From NCBI GenBank assembly GCA_035491815.1, contig DATJKA010000047.1:168576-232575 (forward strand): a stretch of DNA of 64,000 nt, in the 5' to 3' direction. The notes beneath the pieces are model-generated. The model worked only from the letters and a program-made list of their open reading frames with translations. It was not told the origin of the DNA and did not search any database. Shown here one piece after another: positions 54,393 to 64,000 of this stretch. Origin of the DNA: Gemmatimonadales bacterium (lineage in GTDB: Bacteria > Gemmatimonadota > Gemmatimonadetes > Gemmatimonadales > GWC2-71-9). The position numbers were made by a program, and so were the translations under genes. The first letter of the stretch is position 1, and the number at the start of each line of letters is the position of its first letter.

Positions 54393-55380
54393 GGAGAAAC
54401 CCCATGCGCTCCTTGACCTCGGCGATCGTGCGGCGCGCGAGCTCTCGCGCCTTCGCCGCGCCGCTCCGCAGCCGCTCGAGCACGCCGGGCGGATCGCGGC
54501 GCAGCGCCGCGGCGCGCTCGCGCATCGGCGCGAGCGTGGCGATCATGTTATCCGCCAGCACGCGCTTGCAATCGAGACAGCCCCATCCCGCCGTGCGACA
54601 CTTGTGCGCCACTTCGGCGACCGTCTCGGCCGGCGAGAATCCTTGATGCAGCGTGTAGATGTTGCAGATCTCGGGCGTGCCGGGATCTTTACGCGTCTTG
54701 CGCGCGGGATCGGTCGCGGCGGGCCGCAGCTTTTCCCAGATCGACTCCGGCGACTCGAACAGGCCGATCGTGTTGCCGAGGCTCTTCGACATCTTGGCCT
54801 TGCCGTCGAGTCCGAGGACGCGCTTCGTTTGCGTGAGCAACGGCTGCGGCTCGGGAAAGAAGCCGTCACCGTAGCGCGCGTTCCACCGGCGGGCGATCTC
54901 CCGCATCAGCTCGAGGTGCTGGACCTGATCCTCGCCGACAGGAACGAGACTAGCTTTGTAGAGCAGTACGTCAGCGGCCTGCAACACGGGGTACGCGAGC
55001 AGGCCGGCCAACACACTCTCCTGGCGCTGGGCCTTGTCCTTGAATTGCGTCTGGCGCTCGAGCTCGCCGAGCGGCGTCACGGACGTGAGCATCCAGTTGA
55101 GCTCGGTGTGCTCGGCGACGTGCGATTGGACGAAGATGATGCTCTTCTCCGGATCGAGGCCGGCCGCGTACAGGCTGACCGCCATGTCCATCGTGAGCGG
55201 CGAGAGGCTCGCCGGATCGTAGCTCTGCGTAATGGCGTGCAGGTCGACGACGCAGAAGAGGCAGTCGTGCTGGGTCTGCAGCCGCACCCAGTTCTGCACC
55301 GCGCCGAGGTAGTTGCCGATATGGAGCTCGCCGGACGGCTGGATACCGCTGAAGACGCGTTTCATAGTCGCGGAGGTCAC
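54385..55380 (-). CDS. trpS: tryptophan--tRNA ligase
   Basis: 331 aa with SGIQPSGELHIGNYLGA (HIGH-type) and KMSKS. Confidence 0.92.
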   Translation of the reverse strand: MTSATMKRVFSGIQPSGELHIGNYLGAVQNWVRLQTQHDCLFCVVDLHAITQSYDPASLSPLTMDMAVSLYAAGLDPEKSIIFVQSHVAEHTELNWMLTSVTPLGELERQTQFKDKAQRQESVLAGLLAYPVLQAADVLLYKASLVPVGEDQVQHLELMREIARRWNARYGDGFFPEPQPLLTQTKRVLGLDGKAKMSKSLGNTIGLFESPESIWEKLRPAATDPARKTRKDPGTPEICNIYTLHQGFSPAETVAEVAHKCRTAGWGCLDCKRVLADNMIATLAPMRERAAALRRDPPGVLERLRSGAAKARELARRTIAEVKERMGFLHE

Positions 55381-55391
55381 GGGGCCACAAG

Positions 55392-56189
55392 GTGCGTGAA
55401 TACAACGACTTAGTCAAGCTGGCCGAGCGCGCCGCGCTGCGCGCGGGCGACTATCTGCGCAACGCACCGAGGCCCGCCATCCACTCGTGGACCGAAAAGG
55501 CGCAGCACGACTTCGTCACTGAAGTCGACCGCGCGGCCGAGGGGTTGATCGCCGAGGTGCTGCTCCGGGACATCCCCGACAGCGTGATCGTCGGTGAGGA
55601 GCTGTCGCCCAAGCGCGTGCCGCAGGGGGATGTGGTCTGGATCGTCGATCCGTTGGATGGCACGACGAATTATCTGCACGGGTATCCGCAGTATGCCGTG
55701 AGTATCGGCTGCCTCGCCGACGGGAAGCTCGCCGCCGGCGTGGTCCACGATGTCTGCCGCAACCGCACCTATCGCGCGACGCGCGGCGGTGGCGCGTTCG
55801 AGGAAGACACGCGCTTGGGCGTTTCGGCGGTGACCGAGCCGCGTCACGCGCTGGTCGGCACGGGATTCCCGTTCAAGGCGCTGGGCAAGCTGCCGCTGTT
55901 CATGTCGCAGTTCGCCGCCGTCATGGGCGCCACGAGCGGTATTCGCCGCGCCGGTGCGGCCGCACTCGATCTGGCCGACGTCGCGGCCGGCCGCCTCGAT
56001 ATCTTTTGGGAGCTCGAGCTCGCGCCCTGGGACATCAGCGCGGGCACCCTGTTGATCCGCGAGGCGGGCGGCGTCGTGACGCGCCTCGACGGCTCGGTGG
56101 ACGTGGTGAGCTCCGGTCAACACGGCGCTCTCGTCGCGGGCAATCGCACCCTGCATCGCTGGTTGCTCGACCTCTTGAGGAGATCCTGA
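55392..56189 (+). CDS. inositol monophosphatase family protein (SuhB-like)
   Basis: 265 aa with ...WIVDPLDGTTNY... and ...WD.SAG..L..EAGG.... Confidence 0.85.
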   Translation: MREYNDLVKLAERAALRAGDYLRNAPRPAIHSWTEKAQHDFVTEVDRAAEGLIAEVLLRDIPDSVIVGEELSPKRVPQGDVVWIVDPLDGTTNYLHGYPQYAVSIGCLADGKLAAGVVHDVCRNRTYRATRGGGAFEEDTRLGVSAVTEPRHALVGTGFPFKALGKLPLFMSQFAAVMGATSGIRRAGAAALDLADVAAGRLDIFWELELAPWDISAGTLLIREAGGVVTRLDGSVDVVSSGQHGALVAGNRTLHRWLLDLLRRS

Positions 56190-57610
56190 TGGCTGAGCCA
56201 CTCGTCGAGTGCGTCCCGAACTTCTCCGAGGGCCGCGACCAGGCGACGATCGCCGCCCTGGGCGCCGCGCTGGCCGGAGTGGGCGGGGTCCAGCTGCTCG
56301 ACGTGCAGTCCGACCCGGCGCACAACCGCTCGGTCTTCACGCTCGTCGCGCCGCCCGCGGCCGCCGTCAGCGCGGCGTTCGCGGCGATGCGCGTCGCGGC
56401 TGAACGGATCGATCTCACGAAGCATTCCGGGGAGCATCCGCGCATGGGCGCGACCGACGTGGTGCCGTTCGTGCCGGTCTCGGGCGTCACAATGGCCGAT
56501 TGCGTGGCGCTCGCGCGACAGCTCGGCGAGCGTGCCGGCAAGGAGCTGGGGATCCCGGTGTTTCTCTACGCGAAGGCCGCGACGCGCCCGGAGCGCGTGC
56601 TGCTTCCGGAAGTGCGCAAAGGCGAGTTCGAGGGCATGCGCGAGCGAACGCTGGAGCCGGACTTCGGGCCGAACCGCGTGCACCCGACCGCCGGCGCCAC
56701 CGCCATCGGGGCGCGCCCGTTTCTCGTTGCGTTCAACGTGTACCTCGATACGCAGGACGTCACCGTCGCCAAGGAGATCGCGAAGCAGATTCGGACCTCC
56801 GGGGGCGGGTTGCCGGCGGTACAGGCGAGCGGCTTCATCGTCGATGGGCTCGCGCAGGTCTCCATGAACCTGCTCGACATCGACGTGACGTCGCCGGCGG
56901 TGGTGTTCAACGCGATCAAAGTCCGGGCCGAGAAGAAAGGCATCGGGATCCAGAAGAGCGAGATCGTGGGCCTCATTCCCGAGCGTGCGCTCGTCGGCGC
57001 CGCGGAGAGCGCGCTGAAGTTGGCCGACGCGAACAGTCACATCCTCGAGACGAAAATGCGCGCGGTGGCCCCGGCCGCGCAGACCATGGACGACTGGATC
57101 GGGCAGCTGGCGGCGGGCTCCCCCACTCCTGGAGGCGGGAGCGCCGCGGCCCTCGCCGGCACGCTGTCCGCGGCGCTCGTCGCGATGGTCGCGCGCCTCA
57201 CCCTAGGGCGCAAGGCGTACGCGGCCGTGGACGCCCAGGCCCGCGCGATCCTCGACGAAGCCGAGCAGCTGCGCGGCGAGCTACGCCGTTTGGTGGACGA
57301 GGATGCCGCCGCCTACGAAGGCGTCAGTCGCGCGTACAAGACCCCCAAAGACGATCCCGCACGCGTCCAGGTCATCGACGACGCGTTGCTGGCCGCGGCG
57401 CGGCCGCCGGCCGAGGTGGTCAAGCGTGGGCGCCGGCTGCTGGCACTGGCGCAGACCATCGAGCAGATCGGCAATAAGAACGCCGTCAGCGACGCGCGCG
57501 TGGCGGGAATGCTGGCGAGGACGGCAATTGACGGCGCGACGGAAAACGTGAACGCGAACCTGGCGGGGATGACGGACCAGGCGCGGGCGAAGCACTCGGG
57601 CACGAGCTAG
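56189..57610 (+). CDS. ftcD: bifunctional glutamate formimidoyltransferase / formimidoyl-THF cyclodeaminase
   Basis: The ATG at 56189 overlaps the upstream TGA by 1 nt. MAEPLVECVPNFSEGRD..., and the C-terminal cyclodeaminase motif ..GSPTPGGGSAAALAG... Confidence 0.85.
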   Translation: MAEPLVECVPNFSEGRDQATIAALGAALAGVGGVQLLDVQSDPAHNRSVFTLVAPPAAAVSAAFAAMRVAAERIDLTKHSGEHPRMGATDVVPFVPVSGVTMADCVALARQLGERAGKELGIPVFLYAKAATRPERVLLPEVRKGEFEGMRERTLEPDFGPNRVHPTAGATAIGARPFLVAFNVYLDTQDVTVAKEIAKQIRTSGGGLPAVQASGFIVDGLAQVSMNLLDIDVTSPAVVFNAIKVRAEKKGIGIQKSEIVGLIPERALVGAAESALKLADANSHILETKMRAVAPAAQTMDDWIGQLAAGSPTPGGGSAAALAGTLSAALVAMVARLTLGRKAYAAVDAQARAILDEAEQLRGELRRLVDEDAAAYEGVSRAYKTPKDDPARVQVIDDALLAAARPPAEVVKRGRRLLALAQTIEQIGNKNAVSDARVAGMLARTAIDGATENVNANLAGMTDQARAKHSGTS

Positions 57611-58359
57611 GACGTCGTCAGGATCCTCGGCCCATTGTCGGTGACGGCCACGGTGTGCTCGAAGTGCGCCGACAGCGACCCATCCTGCGTCACCACCGTC
57701 CACTTGTCGTCGAGCGTGCGGATCGCCGAGCCGCCGATGTTGATCATGGGCTCAATGGCGATCGTCATTCCCGGCACGAGCCGGGGCCCGCGCTTCGGCT
57801 TGCCGTAGTTCGGAACCTGGGGCTCCTCGTGGAACGAGGCGCCGATGCCGTGCCCCACCAGCTCCCGGACCACCGAATACCCCGCGCCCTCGGCCACTTT
57901 CTGGACGGCGTGGCCGATATCGCCGACGTGATTGCCGGCGCGGGCCTGCGCGACGCCCGCCGCCAACGCCTCCTGGGTCACCGTGAGCAGGCGCGCCGTC
58001 TCCGGCTTCACGTCGCCCACCGGGAAGGTCGCCGCGGAATCGGCGTGCAGTCCCTCGACCCAGACACCCACGTCCACGCTCAGAATGTCGCCGTCGTGGA
58101 GCACGCGCTTCTTCGAGGGAATGCCGTGCACGATCTCGTGATTGATCGACGTGCACAGCGTGGCGGGAAAGTCGTACAGCCCCTTGAACGACGGCTGCGC
58201 GCCCGGGTGACTGCGGATGAACGTCTCGGCCAGGCGGTCGAGTTCTTCGGTCGTGACGTCGGGTTGGATGTGCCGTCCCACGAGCGCGAGGGTCTCGGCC
58301 ACGATGCGGCCGGCGGCCGCCATCGTCTCGATCTCGCGCGGGGACTTGATAGTGATCAT
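57607..58359 (-). CDS. map: type I methionyl aminopeptidase
   Basis: 250 aa with ...HGIP....L..GDI...D... and ...GHGIG..FHE.P.... Confidence 0.92.
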   Translation of the reverse strand: MITIKSPREIETMAAAGRIVAETLALVGRHIQPDVTTEELDRLAETFIRSHPGAQPSFKGLYDFPATLCTSINHEIVHGIPSKKRVLHDGDILSVDVGVWVEGLHADSAATFPVGDVKPETARLLTVTQEALAAGVAQARAGNHVGDIGHAVQKVAEGAGYSVVRELVGHGIGASFHEEPQVPNYGKPKRGPRLVPGMTIAIEPMINIGGSAIRTLDDKWTVVTQDGSLSAHFEHTVAVTDNGPRILTTS

Positions 58360-58919
58360 CGCCCGATGATGCGCTTGATCTCCCCGGCAATGTCGTCGAC
58401 CGTCCCGGTGCCGGGGACGCGGTGCACGATGCCGCGCTGCGCGTAATGCGCGATGAGCGGCGCGGTGTCGCGCTGGTAGACCTGCAGGCGTGTCGCGATC
58501 GCTTCGGGCGTGTCGTCGGTGCGGCCTTCGACCTGGGCGCGCTGCCGCATGCGGCGCACCAGCTCTTCCTCGGTGACGTCGAGCAGCAGGATGTGGTTCA
58601 ACCGCTGCTGGCGCTGCGCCAGCGTCCGGTCCACGAGCTCGGCCTGCGCCGCGGTCCGCGGAAATCCGTCGAGGATCGCGCCCTCCTTCGCTTCCGGCCG
58701 GTCCAGCTCTTCCTTGATCATGCCGAGGATGATGCTGTCGGGCACCAGCTTGCCGTCATCGTAAAACTTCTTCGCCTCGAGTCCCAGCGGAGTGCCGTCC
58801 TTCATGGCCGCGCGAATCAGGTCGCCGGTGGTGATCTTGGGCAGCCCGAGCCGCTCGGCGAGAACTCTTCCCTGCGTTCCCTTCCCCGAGCCCGGCGCCC
58901 CCAGCATGAGGATGTGCAC
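58356..58919 (-). CDS. adk: adenylate kinase (short-lid form)
   Basis: 187 aa with LGAPGSGKGTQ. Confidence 0.92.
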   Translation of the reverse strand: MHILMLGAPGSGKGTQGRVLAERLGLPKITTGDLIRAAMKDGTPLGLEAKKFYDDGKLVPDSIILGMIKEELDRPEAKEGAILDGFPRTAAQAELVDRTLAQRQQRLNHILLLDVTEEELVRRMRQRAQVEGRTDDTPEAIATRLQVYQRDTAPLIAHYAQRGIVHRVPGTGTVDDIAGEIKRIIGR

Positions 58920-60236
58920 TTAGCGGCGGAAACGCACCCGCGACGTGCCGCCGCTGGGGCCGCCACCCTTCATGAACCCGTCATACTGGCGCAGGAGCAG
59001 ATGCTGCTGCACCTGCTGCACCGTATCCAGCGCCACGCCCACGACGATGAGCAGCGCGGTGCCGCCGAACCCGAACGGCATGTTGAGCGTGTTCGAAACG
59101 ACGATCGGGAGCAGCGCGACGAACGTGAGGAAGATCGCGCCGGGGAGTGTGATGCGGCTGAGCACGTCGTCGATGTAGTCGGCGGTCGGCGCGCCCGGCT
59201 TCACGCCCGGAATGAACGCGCCCTGCTTCTTCAGGTTCTCCGCGAGGTCCACGGGATTGAAGATGATGGACGTGTAGAAGTACGCGAAGAACACGATCAG
59301 GATCGCGCTCGACACGACATACCACACCGACGTCGTGTTGAAGTACTCGGCGAAGCGCTTGAGCCAAGCCACGCCGCTGAACGTCGCCACGGTGCCCGGC
59401 ACGATGATCAGCGACTGCGCAAAGATGATCGGCATCACGCCCGCAGAATTGATGCGGAGCGGGATGAATGTCTTCTGTCCTTCCCGTATGCGGCCGCGGC
59501 CCATCACTTTGCGCGGGATCTGCACCGGAATGCGTCGCGCCGCGACGGTGATCGCGACGGTCGCGCCGACGATGATCACCATCAGCACGAGCACGATGAG
59601 CAGCACCGGGAAGCTGAGCGTCCCGGTCTTCAGCGCCTCGAACGTCCGCAACGTCTCCGGCAGGATTCGCTCGATGATCGAGAAGAAGATCAGGAGGCTC
59701 ATGCCGTTGCCGATGCCGCGCTCCGTGATCTGCTCACCCAGCCACATGACGAAGATGCCGCCCGTCGTGAGCGTGAGCACGGTCGTCATACGGAAGCCCC
59801 AGCCCGGATGCGCGACCGCGTTCGTCAGCTGCTCGGTGAAGATCGCGAAGCCGTAGGCCTGGAAGATGCACAGCACGACGGTGAGATAGCGCGTCCACTG
59901 CGTCAGCTTCTGCTTGCCCTCTTCGTCGCGCTGCATCTTCTCGATGATCGGGAACACCGGGCCCGCCAGCTGGAAGACGATGCTGGCGGAGATGTACGGC
60001 ATGATGCCCAACGCGAACACCGTGGCGCGCGAGAAGCCGCCGCCGGCGAACAAGTCGTACAGCTGAAACAGGGTGCCCTGTCCCTGGTTCTGCAGGAAGT
60101 CGGCGAGGGCGTCGACGTTCACGCCCGGCGTCGCGATGTGCGCCCCGATCCGATAGATCACGAGGCAGAGCAAGGTGAACAGGAGCTTTTCTTTGAGCTC
60201 CGGAACCTTGAATAGATTCGGGACTGGCGAAGTCAC
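58920..60236 (-). CDS. secY: preprotein translocase subunit SecY
   Basis: 438 aa with 10 TM segments, in the conserved spc-operon position. Confidence 0.95.
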   Translation of the reverse strand: MTSPVPNLFKVPELKEKLLFTLLCLVIYRIGAHIATPGVNVDALADFLQNQGQGTLFQLYDLFAGGGFSRATVFALGIMPYISASIVFQLAGPVFPIIEKMQRDEEGKQKLTQWTRYLTVVLCIFQAYGFAIFTEQLTNAVAHPGWGFRMTTVLTLTTGGIFVMWLGEQITERGIGNGMSLLIFFSIIERILPETLRTFEALKTGTLSFPVLLIVLVLMVIIVGATVAITVAARRIPVQIPRKVMGRGRIREGQKTFIPLRINSAGVMPIIFAQSLIIVPGTVATFSGVAWLKRFAEYFNTTSVWYVVSSAILIVFFAYFYTSIIFNPVDLAENLKKQGAFIPGVKPGAPTADYIDDVLSRITLPGAIFLTFVALLPIVVSNTLNMPFGFGGTALLIVVGVALDTVQQVQQHLLLRQYDGFMKGGGPSGGTSRVRFRR

Positions 60237-60742
60237 GCGATCGTTCCGCCCGCTTGCTCGATTTTCTGCTTCGCACTCGCCGACACCGCCACGCCCTTCA
60301 CCACGAACTTGCGGCCCGCCACCTCACCGGTGCCCAGCAGCTTGATCGGATGATCGGGGCGGCGTACGAGTCCGGCGCCGAACAGCGTCTCCGGCGTCAC
60401 CTCGACGCCCTCGGCGAGCAGCACGAGGTGCCGCACGTTGACGACCTGGGCCGGCTGCTTGAACGGATTCGTGAAGCCGCGCTTCGGAATGCGTCGGATG
60501 AGGGGCATCTGGCCCCCCTCGAACCCGGGCCGGACGTGACCGCCCTGGCGCGCGGTCTGACCCTTGCCGCCGCGCCCGGCGGTCTTGCCGATGCCGGATC
60601 CGGGGCCGCGGCCTTTGCGGATCCGGGCGCGATGCGAGCCGACGGGCGCGCGGAGATCGTGCAGCGCCAGCCGCTGGTACGTCGCCTCAGCCGGAGCCTT
60701 GGCCCGACGCTTCCGTGTGGTCTTTGCTTTCGCCTTAGGCAT
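60233..60742 (-). CDS. rplO: 50S ribosomal protein L15
   Basis: 169 aa with ...GRGPGSG.GKT.GRG.KGQ..R.G.... Confidence 0.9.
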   Translation of the reverse strand: MPKAKAKTTRKRRAKAPAEATYQRLALHDLRAPVGSHRARIRKGRGPGSGIGKTAGRGGKGQTARQGGHVRPGFEGGQMPLIRRIPKRGFTNPFKQPAQVVNVRHLVLLAEGVEVTPETLFGAGLVRRPDHPIKLLGTGEVAGRKFVVKGVAVSASAKQKIEQAGGTIA

Positions 60743-61043
60743 TTTGCTTCTTTCCCTTTCCCCGCGGCGTGGCCGTGGGGTCGGTCTCGGACGTCACAAT
60801 CACGAGATGACGCACCCGATGGAGCATGCCGCGCAGTGCCGGATGATCGGCATGCACGACTTCGTCCTGATGATGCTTGAGGCCCAGCGCCTCGAGCGTC
60901 CGCTTCAAGCGATACGCATGACCGCTGCCGGAGCGCACCTGCTTGATGCGCAGCTGTCCTTTGCCGGACGCCGGGAGCGGGAGCACGCGGTCCCGCCCGG
61001 GTTTCCGCTTCCGGTATTTGCGGGTCGGGGGCAGTCTACCCAT
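60735..61043 (-). CDS. rpmD: 50S ribosomal protein L30 (with terminal extensions; start uncertain)
   Basis: The core is [52 protein letters not shown]. The ATG at 61043 overlaps rpsE by 8 nt, and an alternative GTG lies at 60986. Confidence 0.8.
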   Translation of the reverse strand: MGRLPPTRKYRKRKPGRDRVLPLPASGKGQLRIKQVRSGSGHAYRLKRTLEALGLKHHQDEVVHADHPALRGMLHRVRHLVIVTSETDPTATPRGKGKKQNA

Positions 61044-61812
61044 GGCTCGGCCCCGCCGTCGTGGAGGTCACGACTGACTCCTGGCGCGCGCGATACGGAA
61101 TCGCCTCGGGCTCCACGCCACGCTCGCGTGCGACGCGCCGAGCGGTGGTGAGCCGCTTCAGTCCGTCCATCGTCGCCCGCACCATGTTGTGCGGGTTGGT
61201 CGAGCCCAGGCTCTTCGTGAGAATGTCGCGAATGCCGGCGCACTCGAGCACCGCGCGCACCGGGCCGCCCGCGATCACGCCGGTTCCCGACGCGGCGGGC
61301 TTGAGCAGCACCCGCCCCGCGCCGTGATTGCCGATGATCTCATGCGGGATCGTGCCGCCCGTGAGCGGAATCTCGTTCATGCGGCGGCGCGCCGCTTCGA
61401 CCGCCTTGCGCACCGCTTCGCTGACCTCGTTCGCCTTGCCGGTCGCGATCCCGACCTGGCCTTTCCCGTCGCCCACCGCCACCAATGCATTGAAGGAGAA
61501 GCGGCGACCACCCTTCACGACCTTCGCGACGCGATTGATCGCGACGACGTTCTCGACCATGCCGTCGCCCTCGCGACCGCCGCCATGGCGGTCACCACCG
61601 TCACGGCGCTCACCACCGCGACCGCCCCGGCCACCGCCGCGCCCACCGCGGCCACCGCCTCCCCCGCCCCCGCCCCCGCCCTGGCCGCGCGGGCCACGTG
61701 GTGGTCGAGGCGCCTCGGAGCTGGGCGATGCCGCCGCCGGAGCTTCGGCTGCCGGAACGTCGGCCGCCGGTACGTTCGTCGAGGCTGCTGTGCCTTCTTT
61801 TTGCTCTTCCAT
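61036..61812 (-). CDS. rpsE: 30S ribosomal protein S5 with an N-terminal Gly/Arg-rich extension of about 85 aa
   Basis: The core is ...[33 protein letters not shown].... It is preceded by ..[37 protein letters not shown]... Confidence 0.9.
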   Translation of the reverse strand: MEEQKEGTAASTNVPAADVPAAEAPAAASPSSEAPRPPRGPRGQGGGGGGGGGGRGGRGGGRGGRGGERRDGGDRHGGGREGDGMVENVVAINRVAKVVKGGRRFSFNALVAVGDGKGQVGIATGKANEVSEAVRKAVEAARRRMNEIPLTGGTIPHEIIGNHGAGRVLLKPAASGTGVIAGGPVRAVLECAGIRDILTKSLGSTNPHNMVRATMDGLKRLTTARRVARERGVEPEAIPYRARQESVVTSTTAGPSHG

Positions 61813-62183
61813 TAGAACTCCAATCCTCCCTTACGTGCCCCGTCCGCGACTGCCTTGACGCGGCCGTGGTACTGGTAGCCACCGCGATCGAAGACGACCT
61901 TCGCGATGCCTTTTTCCTTGGCCTTGGCCGCGATGAGCTTCCCGACGGCGAAGCTGCGGGCGACCTTGCCCTTGCCCTCGACCTGCACGCCTTCGGAGCT
62001 GTCCGCGACGCCGGCGAGCGTGATGCCTTTCTGGTCGTCGATCAGCTGCGCATAGATGTGCTTCGACGAGCGAAACACGACGAGGCGCGGGCGCTCGGGC
62101 GTGCCCTCGACTTTCTTGCGCACGCGGAGGTGCCGCCGGTAGCGGTTGTCCGCTGCGCCCTTGATCTTCCGAATCGATCGCAT
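61812..62183 (-). CDS. rplR: 50S ribosomal protein L18
   Basis: 123 aa in the conserved position, ...[17 protein letters not shown].... Confidence 0.9.
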   Translation of the reverse strand: MRSIRKIKGAADNRYRRHLRVRKKVEGTPERPRLVVFRSSKHIYAQLIDDQKGITLAGVADSSEGVQVEGKGKVARSFAVGKLIAAKAKEKGIAKVVFDRGGYQYHGRVKAVADGARKGGLEF

Positions 62184-62186
62184 GGC

Positions 62187-62732
62187 TTATTTCGCCGCCT
62201 GGGCAGTCTTGCCCGCCTTGCGGCGAACCTGCTCGCCGGCGTAGCGGATGCCTTTGCCCTTGTAGGGCTCGGGAGGCCGCACGTTGCGAATCTCTGCAGC
62301 CACCTGGCCCACCAGTTCCTTGTCGACGCCCTCGATTTTCACCTGGACGTTGTTGGTCACCGTGATCTTGATCCCCTTCGGCGCATGGTAGGGCACGGGA
62401 TGCGAATAGCCGACGACGAGCTGGATGCCGAACGGCTTCGGCTCCGCCTTGTAGCCGACGCCCTGGATCTCGAGCGACTTGGCGAAGCCGGTCGTCACGC
62501 CTTCCACCATGTTGGCGACGAGCGTGCGCGTGAGTCCGTGGAGCGCCTTATGGCGCGCCTCGTCGGAGGGACGCGTCACGACGACGGTCCCGTCCTCGAG
62601 CGCCAACGCCATGTCCTCGTGCAGCGTCCGGCTGATTTCGCCCTTCGGTCCTTTGACCGTCACCTGGTGCCCGTCGATCTGCGCGGTCACGCCTTTCGGC
62701 AGCGACACGGGCTTCCTCCCGATTCGTGACAT
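62187..62732 (-). CDS. rplF: 50S ribosomal protein L6
   Basis: 181 aa, MSRIGRKPV.LPKGV.... Confidence 0.92.
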   Translation of the reverse strand: MSRIGRKPVSLPKGVTAQIDGHQVTVKGPKGEISRTLHEDMALALEDGTVVVTRPSDEARHKALHGLTRTLVANMVEGVTTGFAKSLEIQGVGYKAEPKPFGIQLVVGYSHPVPYHAPKGIKITVTNNVQVKIEGVDKELVGQVAAEIRNVRPPEPYKGKGIRYAGEQVRRKAGKTAQAAK

Positions 62733-62765
62733 ATCTCGCTTCCCGCTTCCCGCTTCCCGGTTTGT

Positions 62766-63161
62766 TTACCAGACCACCGCGAGCACTTCGCCGCCCACCC
62801 GGGCGGTGCGCGCTTCGCGGTCGGTCATGAGTCCCTGCGGCGTGCTGAGGATCGCCATGCCGAGGCCGTTCTTGACGCGCGGGATCTCGCGCGCCTTGAC
62901 GTAGCGCCGCAGGCCCGGCGACGAGACGCGCTGCAGCTCGCGGATGACGGGCGCGTCGTTGTGGTACTTCAAGTACAGCCGCAGCAACCCGTGCTGCCCG
63001 TCGTCCAGGACCTTGAAGTCCTGGACGTAGTGGTTGTCGCGGAGAATCGTCGCGATGGCGACCTTCAGCTTCGACACCGGCATATCGACCCGGCGGTGCC
63101 CCGCCATACAGGCGTTGCGCACCCGGGTGAGCATATCGGCAACGGGATCAATCACGCTCAT
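62766..63161 (-). CDS. rpsH: 30S ribosomal protein S8
   Basis: 131 aa, ...DP.ADMLTRVRNA.... Confidence 0.92.
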   Translation of the reverse strand: MSVIDPVADMLTRVRNACMAGHRRVDMPVSKLKVAIATILRDNHYVQDFKVLDDGQHGLLRLYLKYHNDAPVIRELQRVSSPGLRRYVKAREIPRVKNGLGMAILSTPQGLMTDREARTARVGGEVLAVVW

Positions 63162-63173
63162 TCGTGTCCCCTC

Positions 63174-63359
63174 TTACCAGCTGGCTTTGCGCACGCCGGG
63201 AATCTCCCCGCGCAACGCCAGCTCACGGAAGCAGATGCGGCACAGCTTGAACTTGCGCAGCGTGCCGCGGCTGCGGCCGCAACGCTGGCAGCGGTAGTAG
63301 CCCCGCACCTTGAACTTCGGCCCCTTCTTGACTCGCTCAATCCACGCCTTCTTCGCCAT
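63174..63359 (-). CDS. rpsZ: 30S ribosomal protein S14, type Z (zinc-binding)
   Basis: 61 aa with CQRCGR...CRIC. Confidence 0.9.
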   Translation of the reverse strand: MAKKAWIERVKKGPKFKVRGYYRCQRCGRSRGTLRKFKLCRICFRELALRGEIPGVRKASW

Positions 63360-63367
63360 GTGATCTC

Positions 63368-64000
63368 CTAGGCCGCTGCGCCCGCGGCTTCCGCCCGGAA
63401 CGGCATGCCCAGCTCTCGCAACAGGGCCAGCGCGGTGTCGTCGCGCCCGGCGCTCGTCACGAACGTGATGTCCATCCCGTGAATGCGCTCGACTTTGTCG
63501 TAGTCGATCTCCGGGAAAATCATCTGCTCCTTGATGCCCAGCGTGTAATTGCCCCGCCCGTCGAAGCTCTTGGTCGGGAGCCCGCGGAAGTCGCGCATGC
63601 GCGGCACCGCGACCGAGATGAAGCGGTCGAGGAACTCGTACATGCGGCCGCCTCGCAGCGTCACGGCGCAGCCGATGGCCTGCCCTTCCCGGAGGTTGAA
63701 ATTCGCGATCGCCTTCTTGGCGCGCGTCACCACCGGATGCTGGCCGCTGATCGCCGCCAGCTCCGCCACCGCCGCCTCGAGCCCCTTCGGGTTCTTCGAG
63801 GCGTCGCCCATACCGACGTTGAGCACGATCTTCTTGAGCCGCGGAATCTGGTGCGGGTTCTGGAAGGCAAACTGCTGCTGCAGCTTGCCGCGCACCTGCT
63901 GCTCGTAGAAGTCCTTCAGCCGAGCCGGCGGCGCCGGCTCGACGGGCTCATTGGACTCCGGGGCCTTTTCCGCCGCCTCGGCCTGCTGCTTGCCCTTCTT
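63368..64000 (-). CDS. rplE: 50S ribosomal protein L5 (5' end not resolved; ORF open to window edge)
   Basis: The conserved N-terminal helix ..[15 protein letters not shown].. lies upstream of the track's GTG (63895). The same frame stays open to position 64000, with no ATG/GTG/TTG between 63896 and 64000. Confidence 0.85.
   Translation of the reverse strand, partial: KKGKQQAEAAEKAPESNEPVEPAPPARLKDFYEQQVRGKLQQQFAFQNPHQIPRLKKIVLNVGMGDASKNPKGLEAAVAELAAISGQHPVVTRAKKAIANFNLREGQAIGCAVTLRGGRMYEFLDRFISVAVPRMRDFRGLPTKSFDGRGNYTLGIKEQMIFPEIDYDKVERIHGMDITFVTSAGRDDTALALLRELGMPFRAEAAGAAA

Noticed and set aside
58422-60215. 597-aa plus-strand ORF.
   Set aside because: It is antisense to adk and secY. It is extremely Arg/Asp/His/Glu-rich.

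Overview
This is a 64-kb, high-GC (about 68-70% by eye) bacterial chromosomal segment. It is densely coding, with many 1-4 nt start/stop overlaps (ATGA, GTGA, TAGTG). I saw no rRNA, tRNA, CRISPR array, transposase or integrase. By impression the proteins look Gemmatimonadota-like, but that needs a database search.

Gene content, left to right:
- Peptidoglycan recycling: nagZ-like GH3, anmK, murQ, with ggt next to them.
- A tightly coupled 4-gene periplasmic sugar-oxidation operon: GMC flavoenzyme, Tat small subunit, Gfo/Idh/MocA, DUF1080.
- A nucleoside permease.
- ccdA, pdaD and a TIGR00300-like gene.
- priA, a dipeptide epimerase, corA.
- An HDAC-family gene preceded by three coupled small genes.
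- Two hybrid histidine kinases, a KaiC-family ATPase and yihY.
- A caa3-type cytochrome oxidase operon followed by a divergent Nramp-like transporter.
- A lanthanide-type xoxF-xoxJ-xoxG cluster with a divergent YVTN beta-propeller gene.
- An amine oxidase.
- glxK-glyQS, purA, pilT, mgtC, trpS.
- An IMPase-family gene and ftcD.
- The 3' half of the spc ribosomal operon (rplE through rplO-secY-adk-map).

Main hunt results:
1. An unannotated element on the minus strand of the 347-nt purA-glxK spacer looks like a GEMM-I (c-di-GMP-I) riboswitch with a terminator. It sits upstream of an atypical regulon (glycerate kinase and glycyl-tRNA synthetase).
2. A KaiC-family ATPase is GTGA-coupled to a pseudo-receiver hybrid kinase, with no kaiA or kaiB in the window.
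3. Three translationally coupled small genes, one with a ubiquitin-like sequence pattern, precede an HDAC-family amidohydrolase gene.
4. The GMC operon is predicted to be a glycoside 3-dehydrogenase / 3-ketoglycoside hydrolase module.
5. The xoxF cluster shows extreme gene packing.

Many long ORFs in the track are antisense shadow ORFs typical of high-GC DNA and were rejected.
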